Assembly (NCBI GenBank): GCA_030066715.1
Contig: JASJBC010000005.1
Location: forward strand, 1 to 57,290
Origin: Acidimicrobiia bacterium
GTDB taxonomy: Bacteria > Actinomycetota > Acidimicrobiia > Spongiisociales > UBA5794
Length of the DNA: 57,290 nt
Direction of reading: 5' to 3'
The notes beneath the pieces are model-generated. The model ran no database searches. It had not been told where the DNA came from and saw only the letters and a list, made by a program, of their open reading frames with translations. Position 1 is the first letter of the stretch, and each line of letters starts with the position of its first letter. A program made the translations under genes and the position numbers. Shown in pieces: positions 36,934-48,146 of the stretch.

Positions 36934-37311
36934 ATGGAACTCGATCGAATTCTCATCAAGGACCTCAGCGTCCCCGGCATCCTCGGTATCAAGCCCGACG
37001 AGCGGATCAACGAGCAGGAGATACTGGTCAACGCGGTGCTGTGGGCCGACACCCGACCAGCCTCGGTCAGCGACGACATCGATGATGCCGTCAACTACCG
37101 CACCATCACCAAGGCGCTGATCGCTCACATCCGGGATGGGAAGCCGATGCTGGTCGAGCGACTGGTCCAGGAACTCGTCGACATCTGTTTCGAACTCGAG
37201 CCTCGAATCATGCGGGTAGAGATGACTGTGGAGAAGCCGGGTGCGCTTCGCTACGCCAGATCTGTGGGAATCAGCATTGTCCGGGATCGCACCTCGGAGT
37301 TGGAGGAGTAA
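36934..37311 (+). CDS. folB: Dihydroneopterin aldolase/epimerase (FolB/FolX family)
   Basis: [33 protein letters not shown] and EKPGAL. Adjacent to folK-folE. Confidence 0.85.
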   Translation: MELDRILIKDLSVPGILGIKPDERINEQEILVNAVLWADTRPASVSDDIDDAVNYRTITKALIAHIRDGKPMLVERLVQELVDICFELEPRIMRVEMTVEKPGALRYARSVGISIVRDRTSELEE

Positions 37312-37316
37312 GGATC

Positions 37317-38444
37317 ATGAGTACTCAAGCATTCGTCGAGACGATCATCTCGCTCGGATCCAACGTGGAGAAGGAGCGCTACCTACCCGAAGCGATCCGT
37401 CTGCTGCGCCGCCATCGCCGCATCGAGGTTCGCAAGGTGAGCCGGTTCTTCGAGAGTGCCCCTGTAGGCGGTCCTCCGGGATCTCCCGACTTCTTCAACG
37501 CAGCCGTTGTGGCGTGTACCGACCTGCCTCCACAGGAGCTTCGTCAGGAGCTTCGGCACATCGAGAACGTGCTGGGAAGGCAGAGGACCGAGGACAAGAA
37601 CGCCCCGCGAACGATCGATCTCGACATCGCCTATTACGGCGATACCCAGGCGGAGTTCGACGGGTGGCAGCTCCCCGACCCTGAGGCGGCAACGGCACCA
37701 CACGTCGCCATCCCCATTGCTGATGTGGCCCCTTCATTTGTCGACCCGGTCTCGGAGAAGACAGCGTACGACCTGATGCTCAAGGTCGATGCGGACACAG
37801 AGGCAGTGCGACCCGTGTCGTCAATCCGGCTCGCCACCCCGTACGAGTCCCGCGGACCGGAGGAATTCGACCAGGCTGGGGACGTTTATGCGCCGCAACT
37901 CGAAGCGATCGTACGCTCCCAGTTGCTCGAGATTGGCGAGAATCCCGACCGAGAAGGGTTGGTGCGCACCCCGCTGCGCGTAGCCAAGGCCCTGGACTTT
38001 CTCACCAACGGCTACGCCACGTCGCTATCCGAGGTCGTCAACAATGCCGTTTTCGATGCCGAGGGCGCCGACGAGATGGTGCTCGTGAAGGACATCGAGT
38101 TCTACTCGATGTGCGAGCACCACATGCTGCCGTTCTTTGGGCGTGCCGCAGTTGCCTACCTGCCGAAGGGCAGGATCATCGGCCTGTCCAAGGTGGCGAG
38201 GGTCGTCGACCTCTTCGCCCGCCGGTTGCAGGTGCAAGAGCGGCTCACCAACCAGGTTGCGGATGCCATGACGGAGATCCTCGATCCGCTCGGCGTCGGT
38301 GTCGTCATCGAGGGCCAGCACCTGTGCATGATGATGCGCGGCGTCCAGAAGCAGGACAGTTCCACCGTGACCAGCGCAATGCGGGGAACTTTCAAGAGCG
38401 ATCCCAGGACCCGTTCCGAGTTCATCAACCTCGCCCAGGGCTGA
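37317..38444 (+). CDS. folKE: Fused HPPK (FolK) - GTP cyclohydrolase I (FolE)
   Basis: N-terminal ISLGSN, FFNAAV and PRTIDLDI. C-terminal [37 protein letters not shown] and HLCMMMRGV. Single frame with no stop. Confidence 0.92.
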   Translation: MSTQAFVETIISLGSNVEKERYLPEAIRLLRRHRRIEVRKVSRFFESAPVGGPPGSPDFFNAAVVACTDLPPQELRQELRHIENVLGRQRTEDKNAPRTIDLDIAYYGDTQAEFDGWQLPDPEAATAPHVAIPIADVAPSFVDPVSEKTAYDLMLKVDADTEAVRPVSSIRLATPYESRGPEEFDQAGDVYAPQLEAIVRSQLLEIGENPDREGLVRTPLRVAKALDFLTNGYATSLSEVVNNAVFDAEGADEMVLVKDIEFYSMCEHHMLPFFGRAAVAYLPKGRIIGLSKVARVVDLFARRLQVQERLTNQVADAMTEILDPLGVGVVIEGQHLCMMMRGVQKQDSSTVTSAMRGTFKSDPRTRSEFINLAQG

Positions 38445-38496
38445 GCCTCGCCTCGAGGTCACTACGGATCGCACAGTGAGTGTCGCCCGAGGCCGC

Positions 38497-39459
38497 TCAG
38501 AGATACTCGGCGGCAAACGCCAGTTTGGCCAGGTCGTGGTGGGCGCCCCCGCCTTCGTGTCCGTTGTACGGGTAGACCTCGATCGACTTTGGTCCCCGGT
38601 ACCAGTTGTATGCGGCGAAGACCGTTGATGGCGGGGTGACCAAATCCGAGAGGCCCACCGAGAACAACCCTGGTGCCGTGCTGCGTTTGGCGTGGTTGAC
38701 GACATCGACGTACGACAACGTTGCGAACACGTCGGCGATCCGGTCGCGATGTGTGCTGCAGTATTTGGCTAGCTCGGCGTATGGCTTCTCGTCGGTGATC
38801 TGGGCGGCTCGGGCGAAGTGGGCCAGGAATGGCACTTCGGGCATCGTGGCGACAACACCCTCTGCGAGGTGAGCGGCGGCGAGTGCCAATCCACCACCCT
38901 GGCTGGCCCCGGCCACTGCGACGCGGGCCGGATCGACCGCTTCATGGCTCCGAGCCGCGGCGACGGCGCGAACTGCGTCCACGAACAGCCGGACGTAGTA
39001 GTAGCCCTCCGGGCGCAGAATGCCCTTGGTGAGGAATCCGGGGACGCTCGGGTCCCCCGTGTCGTGCGGGTCGGGGCTGTCGCCGGTCGACCAGTCCGAT
39101 CCCTGACCTCTCGTGTCCATGCGGAAGTGGGCGTAGCCGGCGGCGCTCCACAGCAGCGATTCATGCGACAACCCGCGCCCGCCGCCGTAGCCGACGTACT
39201 CGACGACGGTGGGGAGAGGCTCGCTCCGCTGCCGGGGAAGAAGCAGCCATCCCCTTATCTCGGTATTGCCGTGGCCGGTGAACGTGACATCGAAGACATC
39301 CACGGTGACGAGGGGACTGGCGACCTGCTCGAATCGTGCGTCGACGGGAAAGGCCGCCGCGGCAGCAAGCTGGTCGGCCCAGAAATCGTCGAAGTCGGCG
39401 GGTTCCGCCACCTCCGGTCGGTATGCCTCGAGTTCGGGAAGAGGTAGATCGAATTGCAC
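38497..39459 (-). CDS. Acetylxylan esterase / cephalosporin-C deacetylase (CE7)
   Basis: EPADFDDFW, YVGYGGGRG, DTRGQG, GASQGG nucleophile, PPSTVFAAYN and NGHEGG. AAGGAG SD before GTG. Confidence 0.92.
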   Translation of the reverse strand: MQFDLPLPELEAYRPEVAEPADFDDFWADQLAAAAAFPVDARFEQVASPLVTVDVFDVTFTGHGNTEIRGWLLLPRQRSEPLPTVVEYVGYGGGRGLSHESLLWSAAGYAHFRMDTRGQGSDWSTGDSPDPHDTGDPSVPGFLTKGILRPEGYYYVRLFVDAVRAVAAARSHEAVDPARVAVAGASQGGGLALAAAHLAEGVVATMPEVPFLAHFARAAQITDEKPYAELAKYCSTHRDRIADVFATLSYVDVVNHAKRSTAPGLFSVGLSDLVTPPSTVFAAYNWYRGPKSIEVYPYNGHEGGGAHHDLAKLAFAAEYL

Positions 39460-39534
39460 CGCTGCTCCTTCACATGATGGGGCGAAGGTAGCGCGTCCGA
39501 CCGGCATCACGGCCAAGCGGAGCGCGAGGTGGTG

Positions 39535-39765
39535 CTACCGCGGCGGGCGATGCGTGGTCTGGATCTCCGCAATGACGTCGTGGCTCTTGTCCAGCGCCCT
39601 TTCGAGGGCCTCCGGGTTGCTGACGAGCGGATGGATGTTGGCATGAGCGGCCGCCTCGATCACGGCGGTCCGTACGGCTTCCGTCTCCGTCGCTCCGGCC
39701 GAGCAGAGAACCGCAAGGGCTTCCTCGGCCTCATCGTCGAGCCACAGCTCAATCGACCTTCCCAT
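39535..39765 (-). CDS. Small ribbon-helix-helix-like protein (antitoxin-like)
   Basis: SIELWLDDEAEEALAVL...TETEAVRTAV. TACGTT -10 element 6 nt before the ATG. Confidence 0.6.
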   Translation of the reverse strand: MGRSIELWLDDEAEEALAVLCSAGATETEAVRTAVIEAAAHANIHPLVSNPEALERALDKSHDVIAEIQTTHRPPR

Positions 39766-39844
39766 ACCAAAAACGTATCAGAGCCCGGGGGCTAAGTGGT
39801 GTCGCCAATCACGGGATCCGCCCCTAGGTATCCTGTGGCGTCCC

Positions 39845-40849
39845 ATGAATCTCGTCGACACTCGCGGCCGCACGCTTCGTGACCTCCGGATTTCCATAAC
39901 GGACCGGTGCAACTTCCGCTGTCGCTACTGCATGCCGAAGGAGATCTTCAACCGGGAGTACGAGTTCCTCCAGCGCGAGTTGCTGCTGTCCTTCGAGGAG
40001 ATCACCCGGCTGACGCGAGTGTTCACAAAGCTGGGTGTCGACAAGGTCCGCATCACCGGCGGCGAACCCCTGTTGCGCAAAGGAGTGGAGACGCTGATTG
40101 CATCGCTCGGTGGGCTGGGCCTGCGAGACCTGACACTGACCACCAACGGCTCGCTCTTGTCGAGGAAGGCCGAGTCCCTGGCTGCGGCCGGGTTGCGCCG
40201 CATCACCGTCAGCCTCGATTCTCTGGACGCCAAGGTCTTTGCTGCCATGAACGATGTCGATTTCCCGGTTTCCGACGTCCTGGAGGGGATCGAGGCCGCA
40301 GCAACGGTCGGGCTCACCCCAGTCAAGATCAATATGGTGGTCAAGCGAGGGGTCAATTCCGGCGGGATCCTGCCGATGGCCGAGCACTTCCGCGGGACGG
40401 GGCACATCGTGCGTTTCATCGAGTTCATGGATGTGGGCGTGTCCAACGGCTGGCGGCTGGACGACGTGGTTCCCGCCCAGGAGATACTCGAGACGATCAA
40501 CGACCGGTATCCCCTCGAACCGGTCGAGCCGAACTACAAGGGTGAGGTGGCCGGCCGCTGGCGGTACCGCGACGGCGCCGGGGAGATCGGCGTCATCACC
40601 TCCATCTCCCAACCGTTCTGCGGTGACTGCACCAGGGCGCGGCTCTCCGCCGAGGGAGTCCTCTACACCTGCCTGTTCGCCACCGGGGGGATCGACTTCC
40701 GCGGCCCGATTCGTGACGGTGCCTCCGACGCGGATCTCACGGCGATGATCACCGACATCTGGGAGCGGCGCACCGACCGGTACAGCGAGATGCGCTCCGA
40801 GGCGACGGTGAATCTGCCCAAAGTCGAAATGAGCTACATCGGCGGTTGA
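39845..40849 (+). CDS. moaA: GTP 3',8-cyclase (molybdenum cofactor biosynthesis)
   Basis: CNFRCRYC radical-SAM motif, RITGGEPLLR, FCGDCTRARL and terminal MSYIGG. Confidence 0.96.
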   Translation: MNLVDTRGRTLRDLRISITDRCNFRCRYCMPKEIFNREYEFLQRELLLSFEEITRLTRVFTKLGVDKVRITGGEPLLRKGVETLIASLGGLGLRDLTLTTNGSLLSRKAESLAAAGLRRITVSLDSLDAKVFAAMNDVDFPVSDVLEGIEAAATVGLTPVKINMVVKRGVNSGGILPMAEHFRGTGHIVRFIEFMDVGVSNGWRLDDVVPAQEILETINDRYPLEPVEPNYKGEVAGRWRYRDGAGEIGVITSISQPFCGDCTRARLSAEGVLYTCLFATGGIDFRGPIRDGASDADLTAMITDIWERRTDRYSEMRSEATVNLPKVEMSYIGG

Positions 40850-40889
40850 ACCTATTGAACCGGCATTTCCGGTTCCGTACGTTCGAGCC

Positions 40890-41531
40890 ATGAGTGAAGA
40901 CTTCGAAGAACTCGAGCAGATCCCCTGGGCCGCCCTAGCGGCCACGCCGACCGATGCCCGTACCCGCTATCTGACCATTGCCATCGGAGTGGTGTTCGCC
41001 GTCGGTGTCATCGGATGGCTCCTGATGCGGGGCCCGGGACCCACCGCCACGCTGGCCACCACGTTGCCCGCCGCCACCATCCCACCGGCGGCTGCGGACA
41101 CGGCCGCTCCCGAGCCGGTTCCCGCCGAGCCGGAGCCCGTGGTGTACACCGAGGCCGATCTCATGCTCATCGATGTGGGTGACGAGGAGCGCCTGGCCGT
41201 CATGCATGCCGAATGGTTGATCCGCGACTACCTGACTGTCGACGGCGACGCAGCAACCGCCGACCGGATCGGCGATCTGCTGCCGGATGGCGCTGAGCCG
41301 GACCAGCCGCCAACCTACGTGGAGTGGGTCGAAGCCTTCTCGGTGGCGACACCCGAAGCGGGCAGGTATCTAGTCGAGGTGGTGTACCGCGTACTCGTCG
41401 ACGACGGCGACGGGTTCGTGCGCCGTCCCGCCGCCGGAATGGTCGTCGATCTCGCCGTCGACACCGACGGCTCGGCTCGTCTGCTGGCCGTCCCCGAGCC
41501 GGTTGCGGTCCCCGAGCTCCGCCGTGAGTAG
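40890..41531 (+). CDS. Single-pass membrane protein, possibly TcpC/VirB8-like NTF2 fold
   Basis: One TM, a Pro/Ala/Thr linker, then an alpha+beta domain. TACGTT 6 nt before the ATG. The fold guess is weak. Confidence 0.7.
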   Translation: MSEDFEELEQIPWAALAATPTDARTRYLTIAIGVVFAVGVIGWLLMRGPGPTATLATTLPAATIPPAAADTAAPEPVPAEPEPVVYTEADLMLIDVGDEERLAVMHAEWLIRDYLTVDGDAATADRIGDLLPDGAEPDQPPTYVEWVEAFSVATPEAGRYLVEVVYRVLVDDGDGFVRRPAAGMVVDLAVDTDGSARLLAVPEPVAVPELRRE

Positions 41532-41583
41532 ACGGACGCAGCGGCAGCCCTGAGGGCTCGCCCCCGACTGCTTGAATGCCGGG

Positions 41584-42471
41584 ATGAATCGCGGCATCGC
41601 GTTTGGGGTCGGCGCTTACCTGGTCTGGGGGGTTCTCCCGGTCTTCTGGAAAGCGATCGAGAGTGTTGGTGCGTTCGAGATACTGGCCCATCGGTTTGTG
41701 TGGTCGGTCGTGTTTCTCGCCGGCATCGTCACGCTGCGGCGGTCATGGCCGCAGATCAGAGGCCTCGACCGCAACAGCGTTGCGCGGCTTCTGTTTGCCG
41801 GGCTGCTGCTCGGTGTCAACTGGGTCACGTACATCTGGGCGGTGACCAACGGACATATCGTGGAGTCGAGCCTCGGCTACTTCATCAATCCGCTTCTCAA
41901 CGTCTTGCTCGGCGTCGTCATCCTGCGGGAGCGACTCGAGCCGGGCCAATGGCTTGCGGTGGCAATAGCCGCGTGCGGGGTCGCCTACATGACCGTCCGT
42001 GTCGGCTCGTTGCCCTGGATAGCCCTGGTGCTGGCCGGCACGTTTGGCTTCTACGCATTGCTCAAGAAGCAGGTCGATGCGGTCGGCCCGATCGAGAGCC
42101 TGACCGTCGAGGTGTCGCTTCTGGTGCTGCCCGCCCTCCTCTTCCTCCTTGCCCTCGGGGCCGACGGATCCGGGTCGTTCGGCGCTGCGGGAGCGCGGAT
42201 CACAGTCCTGCTTGCGCTCACCGGCGTGGCTACGGCGACGCCGCTGCTGTTGTTCGGTGCGGCGGCGAGGAGGATCAAGCTGGCAACGATCGGGATACTG
42301 CAGTACATCGCACCGTCCCTCCAGTTCCTCATCGGCGTGTTCGTCTACAGCGAGGCCGTCAGCAGGGACGAGTTGATCGGCTTTTTGCTCGTTTGGATTG
42401 CCCTGGCGGTGTTCACCGGCCACGGACTGCTGAGGTCGCGCTACGGGCGGCCGGAACCGGTCACGGTCTGA
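41584..42471 (+). CDS. rarD: EamA family transporter RarD
   Basis: AYLVWG, EILAHRFVWS, ESSLGYFINPLLNV, GSLPWIAL and GILQYIAPSLQF. Confidence 0.92.
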   Translation: MNRGIAFGVGAYLVWGVLPVFWKAIESVGAFEILAHRFVWSVVFLAGIVTLRRSWPQIRGLDRNSVARLLFAGLLLGVNWVTYIWAVTNGHIVESSLGYFINPLLNVLLGVVILRERLEPGQWLAVAIAACGVAYMTVRVGSLPWIALVLAGTFGFYALLKKQVDAVGPIESLTVEVSLLVLPALLFLLALGADGSGSFGAAGARITVLLALTGVATATPLLLFGAAARRIKLATIGILQYIAPSLQFLIGVFVYSEAVSRDELIGFLLVWIALAVFTGHGLLRSRYGRPEPVTV

Positions 42472-42496
42472 ACGTGTAACCTCGTGGCGTCCAGCC

Positions 42497-42568
42497 AAGG
42501 TACTGATGCGCAAGTAACTCCAGGAATCACCGCCCCGACGCCGTGAGCGTCCCTTTCTTGGAGCACCT
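42497..42568 (+). promoter_or_regulatory. Putative translational attenuator: uORF MRK* plus RBS-sequestering stem
   Basis: AAGG (42497-42500), ATG CGC AAG TAA (42506-42517). CTCCAGGAA (42518-42526) pairs with TTCTTGGAG (42555-42563), which contains the SD. Inner hairpin GACGC/GCGTC. Confidence 0.7.
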
Positions 42569-44058
<1,490 letters not shown>

Positions 44059-44062
<4 letters not shown>

Positions 44063-44313
44063 GCGAAGTGACCGGCCAGGATGTCCTGAGCCGGTTCGAT
44101 GATGGGTTCCCAGGCGGCGTCGGGTAGTTTGTTGATCGTGACGAAGTCAGCGGTCATGAACACACTGGCGACTCCCGGCAGCCCCAACAGGGCCTTCCCG
44201 AGAGGGTCGTCCGTGGGCTGTGCCGGCGAGTACGTCGTGGGCCCGCCCACCGGAACACCGACGGTGAACTTCACCGCGTTCGGGTTGGGGGTTGAACTGA
44301 CTGTTACGGGCAT
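44059..44313 (-). CDS. Nfu/NifU N-terminal (scaffold) domain protein
   Basis: TPNPNAVKF, PLGKALLGLPGVASVF and DFVTINK..AAWE. Confidence 0.88.
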
Positions 44314-44346
44314 GGGAACCTCGCTCGAGACTGCCGGTGATGGTAC

Positions 44347-46287
44347 ATGACGGTGCCCAATTCCACCGGAGGGCTGGCCGCCGACGTCGGGGGGACATTC
44401 ACAGATCTCGTCGGCTGGGACGGAACGCATGTCGTCACCGGCAAGGTGCCCTCGACCACCGATGATCAGAGCGTCGGCGTGGTCGGCGGAGCGACCGGTC
44501 TCGGAATGACCGCAGATCGCTTCCTGCATGGGACGACGGTGGCCACGAACGCCCTGCTCGAAGGACGCGGCGCCGAGACCGCACTGATCACATCTCCCGG
44601 GTTTGCGGATGTGATCGAGATCGGCCGTCAGGATCGACCCAGCCTCTACGACAGCTTTGCAGACCGGCCCGATCCGCTGGTCGCCCGCCGCCGTCGCTAC
44701 GAGGCAAGCACCGTTGCAGATCTCGATGCTGATTTGTCGGAGGTGGAAGCCGTGGCCGTCTCGCTGCTCTACGGCTACGAGAACGCGGAACGCGAGACCG
44801 AGATAGCGGCGGCACTTCTCCAACGCTGGCCCGAGCTGTCGGTATCGCTGTCGAGCCGGGTGGTACCCGAGTTCCGGGAGTTCGAGCGAACATCGACGAC
44901 CCTGATCAACGCCTACCTGTCACCCGAGGCGGGGAGCTACCTCCGTCGGTTGGTGACGAGGGCAGAGGCCGACGGTCTCCCCGGAGCGATCGAAGTGATG
45001 AGGTCCTCCGGGGGTCTGATGCCCATCGCCGAGGCGGCGCTCCTCCCTGCCGCGATCTTGCTTTCGGGGCCGGCGGCGGGGGTCGTCGCCGCGGCCGCCA
45101 TGGGCAACGTGCTGGGAAGGTCACGGCTCGTTTCGTTCGACATGGGCGGCACATCAACAGACGTGTGCCGTATCGAGGACGGGCGCCCGGAGGTGCTGTA
45201 CGAGCGTCCCGTCGCCGACTACCCGTGCCGCATGCCCTCGGTGGCGATACATACGGTCGGGGCGGGAGGTGGCTCCGTCGCCTGGGTGGACGGCGGTGGC
45301 TCGCTCCGCGTCGGGCCCCGCTCGTCCGGTGCGATGCCGGGACCGGCTTGCTACGGGCACGGCGGCACGGAGCCGGCTGTGACCGATGCCAACGTCGCCC
45401 TCGGCCGCATCGACCCGCAGGGGATGCTGGCCGGCTCACTGCCGATCCGTGCCGATCTGGCCGCTGCCGCGCTCGACACGGTCGGAGGCGGGCTCGGTCT
45501 CTCCACCACGGACACCGCACGCGGCATCGTCACGGTTGTCGAGGAAGTCATGGCGGGCGCCATCCGCACGGTGTCGATCGAACAGGGCGCTGATCCGCGG
45601 CAGGGGTATCTGGTCGCATTTGGTGGGGCGGGCGGGCTGCATGCCACGGCGCTGGCCCGCCGCCTCGACATGGCCGGGGTCATCGTCCCTCCCCATGCTG
45701 GGGTCTTCTCGGCCCTCGGCCTCCTGCTCAGCCCGCCGCGTGCGGACGCGGCACAGTCGGTGCGGATCGAGAACGAGGCCGAACTCGACGCGGAGATCGC
45801 AGCAGTCGTTGCCGCTGCCGCACAGCGCCTCGAGACGGGGGGCTCCCAACCCGAGTCGACTGCGGCATTCGTAGACGTGCGCTATCGAGGGCAGTCACAT
45901 GAGACCACGGTCCCGTACGCCGCCGGGGAGGGATGGGAAGCTCTGCTCGCTCGCTTCCATGCGACACATCGCGAGCGCAACGGGTTTGCCCGGCCTGATG
46001 ATCCAGTCGAGGTGGTGACCGTCCGGGCCGAGAGCGTCGGCCGGCCGCTGCTCTCGTGGTCGGATCTCCCCGAAGCAGTCCCGACGGGGACGGTTGATCT
46101 CCCCAGCCGGGTGGTGCTCGCCGCCGATGGAGAGGTCACGGCGCGGGTTGTCAATCGGTCGGGGCTGGCACCCGGTGACGAGATCACCGGGCCGGCGGTG
46201 GTGGAGGAGACCGAAGCGACAACCTACCTGGCGCCGGGGGAGCGAGCCGTCGTGCACGGCAGCGGCGCGCTGGAGGTCGAATGGTGA
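44347..46287 (+). CDS. Hydantoinase A / 5-oxoprolinase family subunit
   Basis: DVGGTFTD, HGTTVATNALLE, EFERTSTT, LSGPAAG, DMGGTSTD and AFGGAGGLHA. Confidence 0.93.
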   Translation: MTVPNSTGGLAADVGGTFTDLVGWDGTHVVTGKVPSTTDDQSVGVVGGATGLGMTADRFLHGTTVATNALLEGRGAETALITSPGFADVIEIGRQDRPSLYDSFADRPDPLVARRRRYEASTVADLDADLSEVEAVAVSLLYGYENAERETEIAAALLQRWPELSVSLSSRVVPEFREFERTSTTLINAYLSPEAGSYLRRLVTRAEADGLPGAIEVMRSSGGLMPIAEAALLPAAILLSGPAAGVVAAAAMGNVLGRSRLVSFDMGGTSTDVCRIEDGRPEVLYERPVADYPCRMPSVAIHTVGAGGGSVAWVDGGGSLRVGPRSSGAMPGPACYGHGGTEPAVTDANVALGRIDPQGMLAGSLPIRADLAAAALDTVGGGLGLSTTDTARGIVTVVEEVMAGAIRTVSIEQGADPRQGYLVAFGGAGGLHATALARRLDMAGVIVPPHAGVFSALGLLLSPPRADAAQSVRIENEAELDAEIAAVVAAAAQRLETGGSQPESTAAFVDVRYRGQSHETTVPYAAGEGWEALLARFHATHRERNGFARPDDPVEVVTVRAESVGRPLLSWSDLPEAVPTGTVDLPSRVVLAADGEVTARVVNRSGLAPGDEITGPAVVEETEATTYLAPGERAVVHGSGALEVEW

Positions 46288-47822
46288 TCGACCCGATCAC
46301 GCTCGAAGTCGCCCGGAATCGCCTGGCCGCCATCGCCACCGAGATGGGTGTCGTGCTGCGTCGGACCGCCTACTCACCCAACATCAAAGAGCGCGCCGAC
46401 TGCTCGGCTGCGGTGTTCGTCCCATCTGGAGAGATGCTGGCGCAGGCTGAGCACATCCCGGTTCATCTCGGGTCGATGCCGGCTTCGGTCGCAGCTGTGC
46501 TCGATGTGTTTGGTGCCGACATGGAGCCCGACACCCAGTACGCGGTGAACGACCCCTATCACGGTGGAACTCACCTCAACGACCTCACCCTCGTGCGCCC
46601 CGTTCATGTCGCCGGCAATCTCGTCGGCTGGGTAGCCAACCGCGCCCACCATGCCGACGTTGGTGGGGAGGCGCCCGGCTCGATGCCGGCCCATGCGGTC
46701 GAGGTGGATCAGGAGGGTCATCGGGTCTCGCCGACCGAGGCGGTCTATCGCGGGGAGTGGCTGGAGGACTTCGTTGTCCCGTTCCTCGCGGCAACCCGCA
46801 CTCCTGCTGAGCGGCTCGGTGATCTGTCCGCACAGCTCGGCGCCAACGAGGCGGGAGCGCGGCGTATCACCGATCTCGCTCTCGCCGAGGGCCCCGATCG
46901 CTATCTGGAGATCGTGGCCGCACTGCTCGACTACGGCGAGCGCCGGATGCGCCACGCCATTGCCGCCCTTCCCGACGGCGACTACGAGTTCGTCGACTAC
47001 ATGGAGTGGAAGGAGCACGACCTGCCGATTCGAGCCGTCGTGACCATCGACGGGTCCGAGCTTGCGGCCGACTTCACGGGGACGCACAGCCAGATCGCCG
47101 GGAACATCAATGCGGTCGATGCGGTGACGCGGTCCTGTCTGTACTACGCAGTCCGAGTGGCGACCGACCCCACGATTCCCGCCAACGGTGGCTGCTACCG
47201 CCCGATGCACCTTGCCGCCCCCGCCGGCTCACTGGTCAACGCCAATCCGCCTGCGGCCGTCGCCGCCGGCAACGTCGAAACCAGCCAGCGAATCGCCGAC
47301 ACCCTGCTCGGCGCCCTGGCCCAGGCAGCCCCGGACCGGGTGCCGGCAGCGAGCCAGGGAACGATGAACAACGTTCTCATCGGCAACGACGATTTCGCCT
47401 ACTACGAGACCGTCGGTGGCGGCCAGGGAGCGCGACCGGGACGAGGCGGGATGTCGGGCGTGCACACCGGCATGACCAACACCAAGAACACGCCCATCGA
47501 GTCGCTGGAGGCGCACTACCCATTCCGGATCGTGCGCTACGGGTTGCGCTCCGGCAGCGGGGGTGAGGGGCGTTACCGGGGAGGCGAGGGTATCGCCCGC
47601 GAGATCGAGTTCCGGGTGGCTGCAGAAGTGTCGCTCATGGGCGAGAGGCGCCGCAACCAGCCGTGGGGTCTCGCCGGTGGCGGCCCGGGGGCCGTTGGTG
47701 AGGACTGGCTGCTCCGGCGCAACGGGCAGCGGGAGAAGCTTCCCGGGAAGACGACGATTGCGGTGGCGCCGGGGGACCGGCTTCTGGTGCTGACACCGGG
47801 TGGTGGCGGTTTCGGCGGCTGA
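46281..47822 (+). CDS. Hydantoinase B / 5-oxoprolinase family subunit
   Basis: AYSPNIKERADCS, HIPVHLGSM, NDPYHGGTHLND, HHADVGG, GNVETSQR and TPGGGGFG. Confidence 0.93.
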   Translation: MVIDPITLEVARNRLAAIATEMGVVLRRTAYSPNIKERADCSAAVFVPSGEMLAQAEHIPVHLGSMPASVAAVLDVFGADMEPDTQYAVNDPYHGGTHLNDLTLVRPVHVAGNLVGWVANRAHHADVGGEAPGSMPAHAVEVDQEGHRVSPTEAVYRGEWLEDFVVPFLAATRTPAERLGDLSAQLGANEAGARRITDLALAEGPDRYLEIVAALLDYGERRMRHAIAALPDGDYEFVDYMEWKEHDLPIRAVVTIDGSELAADFTGTHSQIAGNINAVDAVTRSCLYYAVRVATDPTIPANGGCYRPMHLAAPAGSLVNANPPAAVAAGNVETSQRIADTLLGALAQAAPDRVPAASQGTMNNVLIGNDDFAYYETVGGGQGARPGRGGMSGVHTGMTNTKNTPIESLEAHYPFRIVRYGLRSGSGGEGRYRGGEGIAREIEFRVAAEVSLMGERRRNQPWGLAGGGPGAVGEDWLLRRNGQREKLPGKTTIAVAPGDRLLVLTPGGGGFGG

Positions 47823-47826
47823 GCCG

Positions 47827-47994
47827 CTACATGCTGTTGCCGCGCATCTCGTTGGTGCGCAGCAGGGTCTCGGCGGTGGTCGTGTCCTCACCGTCCGAGT
47901 AGTAGTCGTGGATGTCCTGGCTGCGCCGGGCCGACCAGCGGATGGCCCAAACCACACCGGTCAGAATCGCAACTATGGCCAGCCACGCCGCCAT
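47827..47994 (-). CDS. Small single-TM protein (55 aa)
   Basis: GAGAGG SD, N-terminal TM MAAWLAIVAILTGVVWAIRW. Fills the gap between convergent neighbours. Confidence 0.55.
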   Translation of the reverse strand: MAAWLAIVAILTGVVWAIRWSARRSQDIHDYYSDGEDTTTAETLLRTNEMRGNSM

Positions 47995-48146
47995 GACTTC
48001 CTCTCGTAGCTCGCTTTCCATTGTGCAAGTGGCGGGTGTCAGGCGCAAGCCGGTTCGGCTCAAGATGCGCCGCGAAGGACCGAACTAGTTATTGCACCGT
48101 TTGCGCGGGTGCAATCGGTACCGTCGGTACCCCCGAAGGAGAGTTC

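Noticed and set aside
36804-37094. N-terminal extension of the histidine kinase
   Set aside because: It overlaps folB on the opposite strand. The SD supports GTG 36803.
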